The translations under genes were made by a program, and so were the position numbers. From an uncultured virus (IMG/VR IMGVR_UViG_3300021387_003972) (taxonomy: Duplodnaviria; Heunggongvirae; Uroviricota; Caudoviricetes), in the IMG/VR virus record IMGVR_UViG_3300021387_003972: a stretch of 64,000 nt of DNA. One strand, 5' to 3'. A model generated the notes under the pieces. That model made no database searches. It had not been told where the DNA came from and was given only the letters and a program-made list of their open reading frames with translations. The first letter of the stretch is position 1; every line of letters starts with the position of its first letter. Shown here in pieces: positions 26,061 through 35,816 of the stretch.

Positions 26061-27269
26061 TTAGGAGGACGCCTTCTGCTGCAGAACCTTTACTGCCTCC
26101 GGAAGGATCAGCTTGGCATCCACGCGCTTGCTGGCAAGGAATCCAACCTGGCCATAATCAGCGTATCTCTCATTCAGACGCTTGAAGGTGATTCCCTTTC
26201 TGTCGCCAATCCAGTAGTAGGAAAGGTCGCCAAACAGGATAGTCTTGGCACCTGCCGCAAGAGTGGGCATATACGCGGATGTAAACAGGGGCTTACCCAG
26301 AAGCATGTCCGGCTCACCCTCTCTCAGCCCCGGCTGCCACAGGTACTGGCCGGAAAGATCCTTCAGCTTGCGGATCGCTCTGATGCTGCTGTCATTGAGA
26401 ACCCAGATCGCATTCTTGCGGTAGGGAGACTTCAGACTGTAGTAAAGATCGATCAGCTCGTCTGCTGTGATCGCTGCAGCACCTGCCGCTGTTACACCAA
26501 CCTGGGCACCGGCTGTCGCATGCAGAATACCGGTAGGCTTCTTGCTACCATCGCCAATGAGGAAGGCCTCCTCTTCTTTTGCACCTATGCGACGGGTGAA
26601 CTCTTTGGAAATGTAGGACTGGAGATCGAATGCGGAATCATCCAGAAGTTCCTCAGATACCTTGATGAGCGTACCGACCTTATGCGCATCGATCTGCTCC
26701 TGTGCAAACACATCATCGCTCTCGCCATAGGCCTGTCCTTCATCGATCCAGTTGGCGACACCCTTAGTGGCGACCACAGGGATCTTGTGTACACCGTTGG
26801 AAGTCGTAAAGACATGTGCGTGGGCACGAATCACGTTGTCCTCCTCCAGTGCCTGTACCAGAGTTCTCTCGAACTCATCCGGTACAAGATAGCCACCTTC
26901 GCTGTCAACACCCTCAGACAGAGCATTGCGAATCTCATAGGAGAGTCCGTTCCTGGATCTGACCTGATTCCAGAAAGCATCTCTGTATGCATCGGATGCT
27001 GTTCCGATCTTTTCATCCTTCTTCTTAGCCTCCGGCTTTGTGGTAAGCGGCGCCATCAGAGGAGCTTCCATCTCACGGCCCATAGCATCCAGCTTCTCCT
27101 GACGCTCGATCTCACGGCCGAGATCAACGATCTCCTGCTCCATCCTCTCGTAGACTTCTGTATCTTCTGCAGAGAGAATTCCCTTCTCGCTGCGATGTGA
27201 GTCCAGAAATGCCTTTGCCTGCTCCCATACCTTTGCTCTCTTTGTACGAAGTTCATTTACCTTGCTCAT
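26061..27269 (-). CDS. Major capsid protein (HK97 family)
   Basis: N-terminal delta domain; EGGYLVPDEF, IKVSEELLDDS, GDGSKKPTGI, GQYLWQP, FGDLSYYWIGDR. Confidence 0.95.
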   Translation of the reverse strand: MSKVNELRTKRAKVWEQAKAFLDSHRSEKGILSAEDTEVYERMEQEIVDLGREIERQEKLDAMGREMEAPLMAPLTTKPEAKKKDEKIGTASDAYRDAFWNQVRSRNGLSYEIRNALSEGVDSEGGYLVPDEFERTLVQALEEDNVIRAHAHVFTTSNGVHKIPVVATKGVANWIDEGQAYGESDDVFAQEQIDAHKVGTLIKVSEELLDDSAFDLQSYISKEFTRRIGAKEEEAFLIGDGSKKPTGILHATAGAQVGVTAAGAAAITADELIDLYYSLKSPYRKNAIWVLNDSSIRAIRKLKDLSGQYLWQPGLREGEPDMLLGKPLFTSAYMPTLAAGAKTILFGDLSYYWIGDRKGITFKRLNERYADYGQVGFLASKRVDAKLILPEAVKVLQQKASS

Positions 27270-27282
27270 AATCGTTTCCTCC

Positions 27283-28068
27283 TTAGGGTTTAATAAGGCC
27301 GAGTCTCTTCTCGAGCTCGGCGATCGGTGTTCCGCTCTTTTGCGGAGTTTCTACTTCTTTGGCTGCCGGTATTGCGGCCGCCTGTGCAGGTGTAACCTGA
27401 GGCCCCACTTCCGCTGGCTTGTAGCGAGAGAGCATCAGGTTCATCAGATGCGTCTCAGTCTCTTTTCCGGAAAAAGAGTAGGCCGGCATTTCTGCTTCCA
27501 TCCTCTTTTCATCCTTCAAGAGATCATCCGCAAATCCAAGCTCAATGGCCCGATTTGCATTCATCCATGTCTCCGAGTCCATCAGGTGAGACAGCTTTGC
27601 CCGGGACAAACTCGTTTTGATCTCATAGGCATTGACGATGCTCTCCTTTACCTCATCGAGCATGGCGATCGCCTTCTCCATATCCTCATGGTTGCCATAG
27701 GCAAGTGTCATAGGGTTATGGATCATCATGAGCGCTGTGGGTGCCATCAGGACCTTAGTGCCTGCCATAGCGATGACAGAGGCAGCGCTGGCTGCAATGC
27801 CATCGATCTTGACGGTGATATCGTCCTTGTAGTCCATCAGCATGCTGTAGATCTGGCTTGCTGCAATGCAGTCTCCTCCGGGAGAGTTCAGCCAGATCGT
27901 CACAGGACCAGTTCCTGCAAAGAGCTCGTCATGAAACATCTTCGGTGTCACGTCATCATCAAACCACGACGTTTCCGCGATGGTTCCATAGAGCTCAAGG
28001 ACTCGTTCCTGTTCTCCTTCTGTTTCGGCCTGGTTCTTCCATTCCCAGAACCTCTTCTGTGTCCTCAT
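27283..28068 (-). CDS. ClpP-like prohead protease
   Basis: LNSPGGD, IDGIAASAASVIAMAG, MMIHNP, ETWMNA..GFAD; start reassigned to MRTQKRFW. Confidence 0.93.
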   Translation of the reverse strand: MRTQKRFWEWKNQAETEGEQERVLELYGTIAETSWFDDDVTPKMFHDELFAGTGPVTIWLNSPGGDCIAASQIYSMLMDYKDDITVKIDGIAASAASVIAMAGTKVLMAPTALMMIHNPMTLAYGNHEDMEKAIAMLDEVKESIVNAYEIKTSLSRAKLSHLMDSETWMNANRAIELGFADDLLKDEKRMEAEMPAYSFSGKETETHLMNLMLSRYKPAEVGPQVTPAQAAAIPAAKEVETPQKSGTPIAELEKRLGLIKP

Positions 28069-29326
28069 CAGGATCAACCTCCTTTTCTGTATCGTTATCC
28101 TTTCTATAAGCAGCACCGGCATCAGTGAGCGGTACCATGTTCCCGTTTACGAGATATAGATTTCCGCCAAGCTCTTCTGGGATCAGATCCAGGTCTTCGA
28201 GCTGCCTTATGTCATTGGCGCTCATCCAGCCGTTCTGCCTGGCAGTGGCATAGCCATTCATGCGGCTTTCATAGTCCCCACGTAAGAGCCCCTCGACGTT
28301 AAACTTGAAGAAGTACTCCTTCTTCTCATCCTCTGACAGAAGCGCCCGATGCATGGACTGCTCCCAGCGAATCACCCAAGGGTCCAGCGTGTACTTCACA
28401 AACTCCAGAGACTGCTGCTCAATATTAGAAAAGCTCGACTTTTCCAGGTCTCCTACCATATGGGGAGGGACTCGGAAAATTCGAGCTATTTCGTTGATCT
28501 GAAATTTTCTGGTTTCCAAAAATTGTGCCTGCTCAGGAGAAATGGAAATCGGCGTGTACTTCATTCCCTCTTCCAAAACGGCAATCTTATTACTGTTGTG
28601 GGATCCGCCAAAGGTCTGCTGCCAGCTTTCCCTGACACGGCTAGGGTCCTTGATGGTGCCAGGATGCTCCAGTACGCCGCTTGGCGCTGCGCCGTTCGCA
28701 AAGAACTTACTACCATACTCTTCCGTTGCAATCGCAAGTCCGATGGCATTCTTTGCCATGGCGATCGGTGAGTATCCGACCAGCCCATCAAAACCAAGCC
28801 CTGGGATATGCAGCACGTCGCTCGGAGATAGCCTCACCTTTGAGTCCTTGTTGATCGGCGCGTCATCGCTGCTCACAGTGTACTCGTAATAAAGCTGTCC
28901 CCATTCGTCGCGATCAACTGCCATACGATCTGGCATCAGCGGATACAGCGCAATGACCTCTCCTTTCCCGTTCCGGATAATCTGCGCGTAGGCGTTCCCC
29001 CAGAGCAGCAGGTGCGTCATCAGTGTTTCCCGGAATACGAAAGATGTCATCTCCGGATTGGGTTCGTCATGTACAAGCGTATAAATGGTATGATCCACTG
29101 CCTTTTCCGTACCAGTTTTTGTGTACCGGTACACATGGAGCGGCAAGCTTGCCACCGCCTCTGACAGGATTCTCACACATGAGTACACAGCTGTCATCTG
29201 CATGGACGACCTCTCATTAACCCTTTTCCCGGAGCTGCTGCTTCCCATGAAAAAGCTATAGACACTTCCTGCTGTACTATTTTGGGGTTTATCCCTGGAC
29301 CGGAATAAGCCGCTAAAGATTCCCAT
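27995..29326 (-). CDS. Portal protein (HK97 family)
   Basis: AVYSCVRILSEAVASLPL, EPNPEMTSF, LLWGNAY, ARIFRVPPHMVGDLEKSSFSNIEQQ. Confidence 0.96.
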   Translation of the reverse strand: MGIFSGLFRSRDKPQNSTAGSVYSFFMGSSSSGKRVNERSSMQMTAVYSCVRILSEAVASLPLHVYRYTKTGTEKAVDHTIYTLVHDEPNPEMTSFVFRETLMTHLLLWGNAYAQIIRNGKGEVIALYPLMPDRMAVDRDEWGQLYYEYTVSSDDAPINKDSKVRLSPSDVLHIPGLGFDGLVGYSPIAMAKNAIGLAIATEEYGSKFFANGAAPSGVLEHPGTIKDPSRVRESWQQTFGGSHNSNKIAVLEEGMKYTPISISPEQAQFLETRKFQINEIARIFRVPPHMVGDLEKSSFSNIEQQSLEFVKYTLDPWVIRWEQSMHRALLSEDEKKEYFFKFNVEGLLRGDYESRMNGYATARQNGWMSANDIRQLEDLDLIPEELGGNLYLVNGNMVPLTDAGAAYRKDNDTEKEVDPDEDTEEVLGMEEPGRNRRRTGTSP

Positions 29327-29345
29327 ATAAGATCACCATCCTTTC

Positions 29346-30947
29346 TTAAAATACAAGAAGCCCACGTGTATCGTAGACACTCTCACTGGTGTCGTTTCCG
29401 CAGCGGATCGCGCGGTCCAAGGCCATGATACAGGCAATCGCTCCGTCGATCTTCTCTGTACTCTTTGCCTTGTCCGCCTTGATATTCCCTGCCGGATCTG
29501 TGCGAATAAAGATGTTATCCATGTTCCAGCGAAGGACCGGATGCCCGCCATGAGCGATTCGCTTTTCCAGAGTCAGCTTCATCAGTTCCTTTGTCGGCGG
29601 CGACATTGAAGCAAAACCCTGTCCCATGGGAACGACTGTGAATCCCATTCCCTCCAGGTTCTGTACCATCTGAACAGCACCCCACCGGTCAAACGCAATC
29701 TCCCTGATGTTATAGAGCTCTCCGAGATGTTCGATAAATTTCTCAATAAACCCATAGTGCACGACGTTTCCTTCTGTCGTCTGAATGTATCCCTGCCGCT
29801 CCCACACATCATAGGGAACATGATCACGGTTCACTCTAAGCGGCAGTGTTTCCTCTGGAAGCCAGAAGTATGAAAGGACGTAGTATCGGTCCTCCTCATT
29901 TTCTGGCGGAAATACAAGACAAAAGGATGTCAGATCGGTTGTACTGGAAAGATCTAAGCCTCCGTAGCAGACACGGCCCTCCAGCTCTTCCGGATTAACA
30001 GGAAACGCACAGGCATCCCATTTTTCCATTGGCATCCATCGCACTGCTTGTTTTACCCACTGGTTCAGCCTCAGCTGCCGGAAGGCATTCTCCTCGCCCG
30101 GATTCTGCCTTGCCGAGTCACAAGCAGCTTTTACCTTATCCATACCGATCGTCTCACCAAGAGAGGGATTAGCCTTTTTCCAGGTCTTGGGATCTGTCCA
30201 GTCCTCATCATTTCCTGCGCCATAGATTACTGGATAAAACGTGCTATCCTTCTTTCTCCCCTCAATGATGTCCAGCGCCTTTTGATGGGTCTCATAGCAG
30301 ATGCTGTTCGTATCCGTTCCCGCTGTTGTAATGAGGAAGTACAGCGGCTGCATTCTCGCATCGCCAGATCCCTTTGTCATGACATCAAAGAGTTTCCGGT
30401 TCGGTTGTGTATGCAGCTCATCAAAGACAACGCCATGTATGTTGAAACCATGCTTGGAGTAAGCCTCGGCGGACAGCACCTGATAAAAGGAGTTCGTAGG
30501 CAGATACAGGATCCTTTTCTGTGAGGCCAGGATCTTACAGCGTTTTTCCAGTGCCGGACACATCCGCACCATATCTGCAGCAACGTCAAAAACGATGGTT
30601 GCCTGGCCCCTATCTGCAGCACAGCCATAAATCTCAGCACGCTGCTCACCATCTCCGCAGCAAAGTAAAAGAGCGATCGCCGCAGCGAGTTCGCTCTTCC
30701 CATTCTTCTTCGGTATTTCCACGTAAGCTGTATTGAACTGTCGGTAGCCGTTTGGCTTAATGATTCCGAACAAATCTCGAATAATCTGTTCCTGCCAGTC
30801 CAGTAGTTTAAACGGCTTTCCTGCCCAGGTTCCTTTTGTATGACAAAGGCACTCAATAAAGTTCACCGCGTAATCCGCCAGCTCCTTGTCATAAACCGAA
30901 TCCTTCGCTTTAAACCGTGTCGGTTTGTATTTCCTTAGTTTCTTCAT
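29346..30947 (-). CDS. terL: Terminase large subunit
   Basis: Walker A PKKNGKSE, Walker B VVFDELH, ITTAG, GGLDLSSTTD, KIDGAIA. Confidence 0.96.
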   Translation of the reverse strand: MKKLRKYKPTRFKAKDSVYDKELADYAVNFIECLCHTKGTWAGKPFKLLDWQEQIIRDLFGIIKPNGYRQFNTAYVEIPKKNGKSELAAAIALLLCCGDGEQRAEIYGCAADRGQATIVFDVAADMVRMCPALEKRCKILASQKRILYLPTNSFYQVLSAEAYSKHGFNIHGVVFDELHTQPNRKLFDVMTKGSGDARMQPLYFLITTAGTDTNSICYETHQKALDIIEGRKKDSTFYPVIYGAGNDEDWTDPKTWKKANPSLGETIGMDKVKAACDSARQNPGEENAFRQLRLNQWVKQAVRWMPMEKWDACAFPVNPEELEGRVCYGGLDLSSTTDLTSFCLVFPPENEEDRYYVLSYFWLPEETLPLRVNRDHVPYDVWERQGYIQTTEGNVVHYGFIEKFIEHLGELYNIREIAFDRWGAVQMVQNLEGMGFTVVPMGQGFASMSPPTKELMKLTLEKRIAHGGHPVLRWNMDNIFIRTDPAGNIKADKAKSTEKIDGAIACIMALDRAIRCGNDTSESVYDTRGLLVF

Positions 30948-31046
30948 AATCCATGCCTCAAAAATAGCACTAAAAAAAGGCCCTTCGGCCCTTCGCTACG
31001 AGATACAGCCCGCTATGGGCTGAGTCTCCGGTGTCCCTCTTCTTTT

Positions 31047-31325
31047 TTATTTCTGCTGCATCGCCCAGAGGATCGCGTGGCCGTCATCCTCGAATTCGAC
31101 TTCGCTCGCTGCTCTCAGCCCGATGGCGCCTTCGCAGCTTATGTCATCGGTGAGAAACTCGTAGGTGGCGCCGAAGTAGCTGGGCTTTCCTTTCCCATTG
31201 TAGTAGTGTCCTGCGACCAGGATCTTGTCTCCGAAGGTAAGGACCTTGCTCCAGCGGCTTTCGAGGTCCTCGGGTGTGGTGGGATTCGGCAGTCTGTAGG
31301 TTCTCATTGCTTTTTCGATCGTCAT
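31047..31325 (-). CDS. Hypothetical protein (accessory array)
   Basis: 92-aa ORF with an AGGAGG RBS. Confidence 0.7.
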   Translation of the reverse strand: MTIEKAMRTYRLPNPTTPEDLESRWSKVLTFGDKILVAGHYYNGKGKPSYFGATYEFLTDDISCEGAIGLRAASEVEFEDDGHAILWAMQQK

Positions 31326-31338
31326 CTCTTTGTCCTCC

Positions 31339-31509
31339 TTATCTTACCTTGCCGGTTCTGAATACTCTGAGTTTGTAAACTTCTTCGAATGTGGCGCCCT
31401 TGAGGCTGATCCCGAAGGTAAGCTCGATCTGGTCCTGGGCTTCAAATCTGTTGTTTGCTTTTGCGCTATAGGCTTTTCCGTTCTTCTTGAATGTGTAGGT
31501 TGTATGCAT
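31339..31509 (-). CDS. Small hypothetical protein (accessory array)
   Basis: MHTTYTFKKNGKAYSAKANNRFEAQDQIELTFGISLKGATFEEVYKLRVFRTGKVR*, GGAGG RBS, directly downstream of a repeat element; not in the ORF track. Confidence 0.7.
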   Translation of the reverse strand: MHTTYTFKKNGKAYSAKANNRFEAQDQIELTFGISLKGATFEEVYKLRVFRTGKVR

Positions 31510-31685
31510 GTCTGTTTCCTCCGTTTGTGCTTTGTTTTCCCTTTCGGTATGTGTAGATTAACTCTAAGGCACATACATATCCACTCAATTCGGAGGCATA
31601 AATCCGACAAAGATCGCTCCATGTAACTGTGTATATTTACACGAGCAAAAGGCCCTTCCCTGGGCCTCCTGTTCGGGTTCCTTCC

Positions 31686-31922
31686 TCATTCATTCAGCAG
31701 GTACCGGTAGGTTCCTTTCGGATTCTGCGTGGTCTGTTCATCGTCCAGGAGCCGGAGGGTGGCGTCAAACCGGCGCTTCAGTTCCCGCTTGATACTGCGC
31801 TGGGCGATCTCCCGGTCCTTCTGGTTGATCCGCTTTGCCTCCCAGGCGTAAGCCTCGATCAGCTCCTCCGTTGTCCAAAGTCTGTAATCGCAAATTCCCT
31901 CAAGTCTTGCTCTGCTTGCCAT
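31686..31922 (-). CDS. Hypothetical protein (accessory array)
   Basis: MASRARLEG.., AGGAGG RBS. Confidence 0.65.
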   Translation of the reverse strand: MASRARLEGICDYRLWTTEELIEAYAWEAKRINQKDREIAQRSIKRELKRRFDATLRLLDDEQTTQNPKGTYRYLLNE

Positions 31923-31935
31923 GTGCTTGTCCTCC

Positions 31936-32256
31936 TTATGCTCTCTCAACATCTACCAGCCAGCCGGCTTCGGGGTGCTTCTCTCCGGTTGCCTTCTCTG
32001 TGATCTGCCTCTCTTCATCGATGTAGTGAAGGCCCTTGCCTACCTTGATCAGCTTCACCTCTTCGAATCCCGGAAGGTTTGTGCGGTAAACCTTCGCGTT
32101 TCTGCTCTCGCCATCGTAGCTCTTGCCATCCCATCCGTTAAAGGTAAAGCGGATGCTCTCGCGGGTCTTTGTGAAGTGTGCTTCGAACTCTGCTCTTGTG
32201 ATCGTGGTGTTGTAGTTTCTAAGTTCCAGGCTGTTTCTCATTGCGTATGCGTTCAT
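31936..32256 (-). CDS. Hypothetical protein (accessory array)
   Basis: 106-aa ORF, AGGAG RBS, directly after a repeat element. Confidence 0.75.
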   Translation of the reverse strand: MNAYAMRNSLELRNYNTTITRAEFEAHFTKTRESIRFTFNGWDGKSYDGESRNAKVYRTNLPGFEEVKLIKVGKGLHYIDEERQITEKATGEKHPEAGWLVDVERA

Positions 32257-32378
32257 GGGGTTCCTCCTTTGTGGCTTCCGTGTTTTTTGTTAGTGTATTA
32301 ATCACTCTAAAGCACATATTTATCCACTCATTTCGGAGGTATAAATCCGACAAAAATCGGCGGCAGAAACTGTGTATT

Positions 32379-32582
32379 TTATATCCGCTCGATCTGGCAG
32401 GTCATGCCGTCGACCTCGACAATCCGCCAGTCAGATCCGCGCCACCGGACCTCCAGGATCCGGACGCCCGTATAGGCGTTGCTCCTCTGCCGGTCGGAGA
32501 GCACGTTTCCGTGCTTCTCCATCCACTCTGCAAGGTTCCCCTTGAGCCTTGCTTCCTGCTCCATCTTTTCCGCGATGTTCAT
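32379..32582 (-). CDS. Hypothetical protein (accessory array)
   Basis: 67-aa ORF with an AGGAGG RBS. Confidence 0.65.
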   Translation of the reverse strand: MNIAEKMEQEARLKGNLAEWMEKHGNVLSDRQRSNAYTGVRILEVRWRGSDWRIVEVDGMTCQIERI

Positions 32583-32595
32583 TCCGGACCTCCTT

Positions 32596-33039
32596 TCACT
32601 GAAGGCGGAAAAGGTAGCCGTGAACCTTTTCCCTTTCGCCGGTGGTCCAGTCCCTGTTCAGGCCGTAAAGTTCGACCAGGCCCTCAAGTTTGCAGCCGTT
32701 TTGCTGGAAGATCCAGGCGCTCTCTACTGCGCTGCTCCAGCCGGAGGAAAAGGTGAAGTGCTCGACTCCGTATTTTCTAAGGGTCTGCAGAACTCCCACC
32801 TCGTCGTGGATCGAAAAGCTCAGGTCGATGTACTCGTTTCCGCATTCCTTCATCTGCTTGTAAAGCCGGTAGGTGAATCCGAAGTCATCATCCTCTGTCC
32901 TGAGGATCTCGTCTTCCATCTTGTGGTAGGCGTCTCTCGCCTCTTTCATCCCGGTATCGTTCTCTGCTGCCCTGGCTGCGTCAAATGCTGCTTTAAGCTC
33001 CTGCTCTCTTTCGTAAACCTGCTCTAATGTGTGCTTCAT
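32596..33039 (-). CDS. Conserved prophage hypothetical protein (DUF7698-like)
   Basis: GNEYIDL..GVEHFTFSSGWSSAVESAWIFQQNGCKLEGLVEL. Confidence 0.65.
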   Translation of the reverse strand: MKHTLEQVYEREQELKAAFDAARAAENDTGMKEARDAYHKMEDEILRTEDDDFGFTYRLYKQMKECGNEYIDLSFSIHDEVGVLQTLRKYGVEHFTFSSGWSSAVESAWIFQQNGCKLEGLVELYGLNRDWTTGEREKVHGYLFRLQ

Positions 33040-33162
33040 GGTGATCTCCTTTCTGGGTGGGTGTTTTCTTTTCGTAGTGTATTAATCACTCTAAAGCACA
33101 TTTATATCCAGTTAATTCGGAGCATAATCTGCACAAGATTGGAGGAAATATATGCAGCAAAT

Positions 33163-33726
33163 TTACAAGCCATATGCAGCAGCATTGAATGGTGTTCTTC
33201 TGGGAAGCGCATGGTATCCGGCAGCAGCGCAGATCTTCTCGACCTCTTCATCGGAGAGTACCCTCAGCACCCGGATACTTCCGGCGATGATCCACTTGCC
33301 GAGCATCTGCGGGCTGGTCTTGTAGCGGTAGAAGCCCTGCTTTGGTACCCTTGTCAGCATTGCCTTTCGCTCATCAAAGCGGCCGTCCTTCCAGCCATTC
33401 TGATTCGCCTCCTCCTGGTAGTCGAAGCAGTCAACATACACACACTCGCACCAGACCTCGTCATCATGCATGTACTTGATCTGCCCGTTCTCTTTGATCC
33501 CGATATGAATCGCCAGCGGGATATCCGACAGATGCCAGCCAGGCCGGAAGGCGAGCGGCCCTATTTTGGACTTCACTTTCCCCTCCGGCGTCCGAGGGCC
33601 TTCCGCGGCATCGATCCAGATTCCCATCGGCACTGGCTTGTCTGAAAGAACATACAATGGGAACAGTTCTCCCGGCCTGTTCTTTTTTACCCTGAATAAC
33701 TTGTATCCGATCATGATATCGCTCAC
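33163..33726 (-). CDS. Hypothetical protein with conserved GYKLF..LFPLYV..LAFRPGWH motifs
   Basis: 187-aa ORF; motif pattern suggests a folded enzyme-like domain, function not assigned. Confidence 0.65.
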   Translation of the reverse strand: MSDIMIGYKLFRVKKNRPGELFPLYVLSDKPVPMGIWIDAAEGPRTPEGKVKSKIGPLAFRPGWHLSDIPLAIHIGIKENGQIKYMHDDEVWCECVYVDCFDYQEEANQNGWKDGRFDERKAMLTRVPKQGFYRYKTSPQMLGKWIIAGSIRVLRVLSDEEVEKICAAAGYHALPRRTPFNAAAYGL

Positions 33727-33765
33727 GAAAAAAGGAGCCTTTCGGCTCCCTTTTTCCTTCCTTTC

Positions 33766-34137
33766 TCAAAGGTGGTATTTCTGTCCGGTGATAATGTTCA
33801 CCACTGTTTTGCCTTTTCCGAAGGCTGCTCTCATCTCGTCAAGTTCTTCCTCTGTGGCGGGCCTGGCGTTTTTCCGGTACTCTTCGAGGGCTTTTGCGGT
33901 TTCCTCTTCTCTTGCCTTCGTCGTTGCCTCTGCGTCGACCGCGTCGGTGATGTAGGTGAGCTTCTCGAGCATGTCGCTCATCAGAACTCTTCCGATCCGG
34001 TTTCTGGCTACTCCGCTCTCGTCGATGATGATGAGGCCCTGCTCCAGTTCTTCCCTGACTTTCTCCAGTTCCTTTTCTGCGCTCTGTTTCCAGTATGCTC
34101 CAAGGGCTCCGCTCAGTTCCTTCTCAAATCTCGTCAT
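33766..34137 (-). CDS. Hypothetical protein (accessory array)
   Basis: MTRFEKEL..EMRAAFGKGKTVVNIITG; AGGAGG RBS after a repeat element. Confidence 0.7.
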   Translation of the reverse strand: MTRFEKELSGALGAYWKQSAEKELEKVREELEQGLIIIDESGVARNRIGRVLMSDMLEKLTYITDAVDAEATTKAREEETAKALEEYRKNARPATEEELDEMRAAFGKGKTVVNIITGQKYHL

Positions 34138-34256
34138 GGTCTTGTCCTCCTTCATGGCTTCTGTGTTTTTTGTTAGTGTATTAATCACTCTAAAGCACAT
34201 TTATATCCACTCATTTCGGAGTCATATCTTGCACAAGGATTCTGGCGGATGTTTGT

Positions 34257-34652
34257 CTACATTATTTCCCCGGTCATGATGAAATGCGCGTACTCTTTCC
34301 GGTGGTCGATCAGGAAGAGGACCAGCTCATAGTACCCGAGCCGGTTTGCGATCTGCTGGACCTTGGGCACATCAAACATGTTGGTCTCTCCGGTCTCTCT
34401 CACCGCCAGGATCTGCCGGCGGACGGTGTCGGTAAACTCCCCAACAAGGACCCGGCACTGATCTTCTCCGTAGGCGATCCCAAGGCTACTACCGTTATCC
34501 CATTTTACGTGGATCGTTCCGATGTCATCAACACCGGTCACCGTTCCCTTGGTCCCGACCGGCGGCGCTTGAGGATCCTCCATACGGATCAGCTCCACTC
34601 TGGTTCCCTTCGGGTACTGTTCTTTCAATCTCTCAATCTGCTTCCTATCCAT
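34257..34652 (-). CDS. DUF4314-DUF5049 fusion protein
   Basis: YPKGTRVELIRMEDP..GTKGTVTGVDDIGTIHVKWDNGSSLG plus QILAVRETGETNMFD..GYYELV..YAHFIMTG. Confidence 0.85.
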   Translation of the reverse strand: MDRKQIERLKEQYPKGTRVELIRMEDPQAPPVGTKGTVTGVDDIGTIHVKWDNGSSLGIAYGEDQCRVLVGEFTDTVRRQILAVRETGETNMFDVPKVQQIANRLGYYELVLFLIDHRKEYAHFIMTGEIM

Positions 34653-34738
34653 CCCTATCTCCTTTCCGAAGGCTCTACCCTTCTACCACCTTAAGCCCGC
34701 CGGTGGCGGGTAAGGCTGCAGGAGGCTGGCTCCTTCGT

Positions 34739-35689
34739 TTATGCGGTGCGGCCGTTTCTGAAGGCCGCGTCCCCGGGAAGGTTCCTGGTCAAGATCTCCC
34801 TGGCGGTCTCGAACTCTTCTCCGACAAATCCGAGTCGGATCAGCCAGGTTCTCATCGCGAACTTGGGATTGTCGACCTGGGGCTCTTTGGGGCTCGCGCT
34901 CTTTGCTGCCTTCGCCTGTGCGGAAAGCCCCAGGCAAAGCTGAATGTAGCTTTTGAGCTCTCCGGCGTGAAGGCCGTTTCTCTTGTTCCCATCGGGATTC
35001 GCGAACTGGAAAAGCCTGAACTCGATGGTCCCCTTTGTGAAGGTTGCGTGGAGGTTAAGCATGTGGTAGCGGCTGTCGTTGTAGTGCTGGTCGCGTCCGT
35101 AATTCGCGTTGTTCATTGTGTACCAGATGTCTGCGAGTCCCTGCATGGTCTGGGGCTTTTTGCGGTTAAGCTCTGTGAGGAAGTCTCTGTTTACTGTTTT
35201 GCAGTAGCGGCTGATCCTGCTCTGGTCAATTCGGATCGCGCTGGTAAGGAGCCCCTCGTGGCTGGCCATCAGGTTTGCGAGGTTCCTCAGGCTCTTTGCG
35301 TTGTGGCCGGCTGCGCCAATGTGGATGTGCACTCCGCACATGTGATCCGGGTCGCTCTTGGCGCCCTTTCGGCGGAGGGTCCGGACCAGCTCCTGCAGGC
35401 TTTCGATGTCGCTGTAGGTGAGGATCGGCGTTACCATCTCGCATTTTTCTTCGTCGGTGCGGGCCCGGATGCTGGAGTCTCTCTGGAACTTCCATTCTCT
35501 TCCCTGGGTGTCGTAAGCGCTCCAGGTCTGGTAGCCGTTTCTTCTTGCTGTGTATTCGTATCTTCCGGTTCCGAAGAAGTCGGCGGCGGCTTTTGCTGCG
35601 TTCTGTCTCGTGATGCTGTGCATCTCGATCTCAACTCCGATGGTCTGTGCTTTCATGGCCTCGATCTGTGCTCTGGTGGTTTCCTTCAT
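34739..35689 (-). CDS. Amidoligase (COOH-NH2 ligase, Amidoligase_2 family)
   Basis: TIGVEIEM, WKFQRDSSI, CEMVTPIL, CGVHIHIG, RYHMLNLH, GTIEFRLF. Confidence 0.9.
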   Translation of the reverse strand: MKETTRAQIEAMKAQTIGVEIEMHSITRQNAAKAAADFFGTGRYEYTARRNGYQTWSAYDTQGREWKFQRDSSIRARTDEEKCEMVTPILTYSDIESLQELVRTLRRKGAKSDPDHMCGVHIHIGAAGHNAKSLRNLANLMASHEGLLTSAIRIDQSRISRYCKTVNRDFLTELNRKKPQTMQGLADIWYTMNNANYGRDQHYNDSRYHMLNLHATFTKGTIEFRLFQFANPDGNKRNGLHAGELKSYIQLCLGLSAQAKAAKSASPKEPQVDNPKFAMRTWLIRLGFVGEEFETAREILTRNLPGDAAFRNGRTA

Positions 35690-35816
35690 GGTATGTGCTC
35701 CTTTCCTGGCTGGGTGTGTTTTCTTTTGGTAGTGTATTAATCACTCTTTTCCACACTTATATCCAGTTAATTCGGAGCATAACCTGCACAAAGATCGCTG
35801 CCGCTGGCTGTGTATT

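Noticed and set aside
9302..27200. Long plus-strand ORFs (9302-10714, 17789-18907, 19966-21147, 25926-27200 and others)
   Set aside because: Antisense shadows of well-supported minus-strand phage genes, with no recognisable motifs
27995..28122. Frameshift at the portal/protease overlap
   Set aside because: Both genes are intact; the ~74-bp overlap results from the protease start at 28068 and needs no recoding
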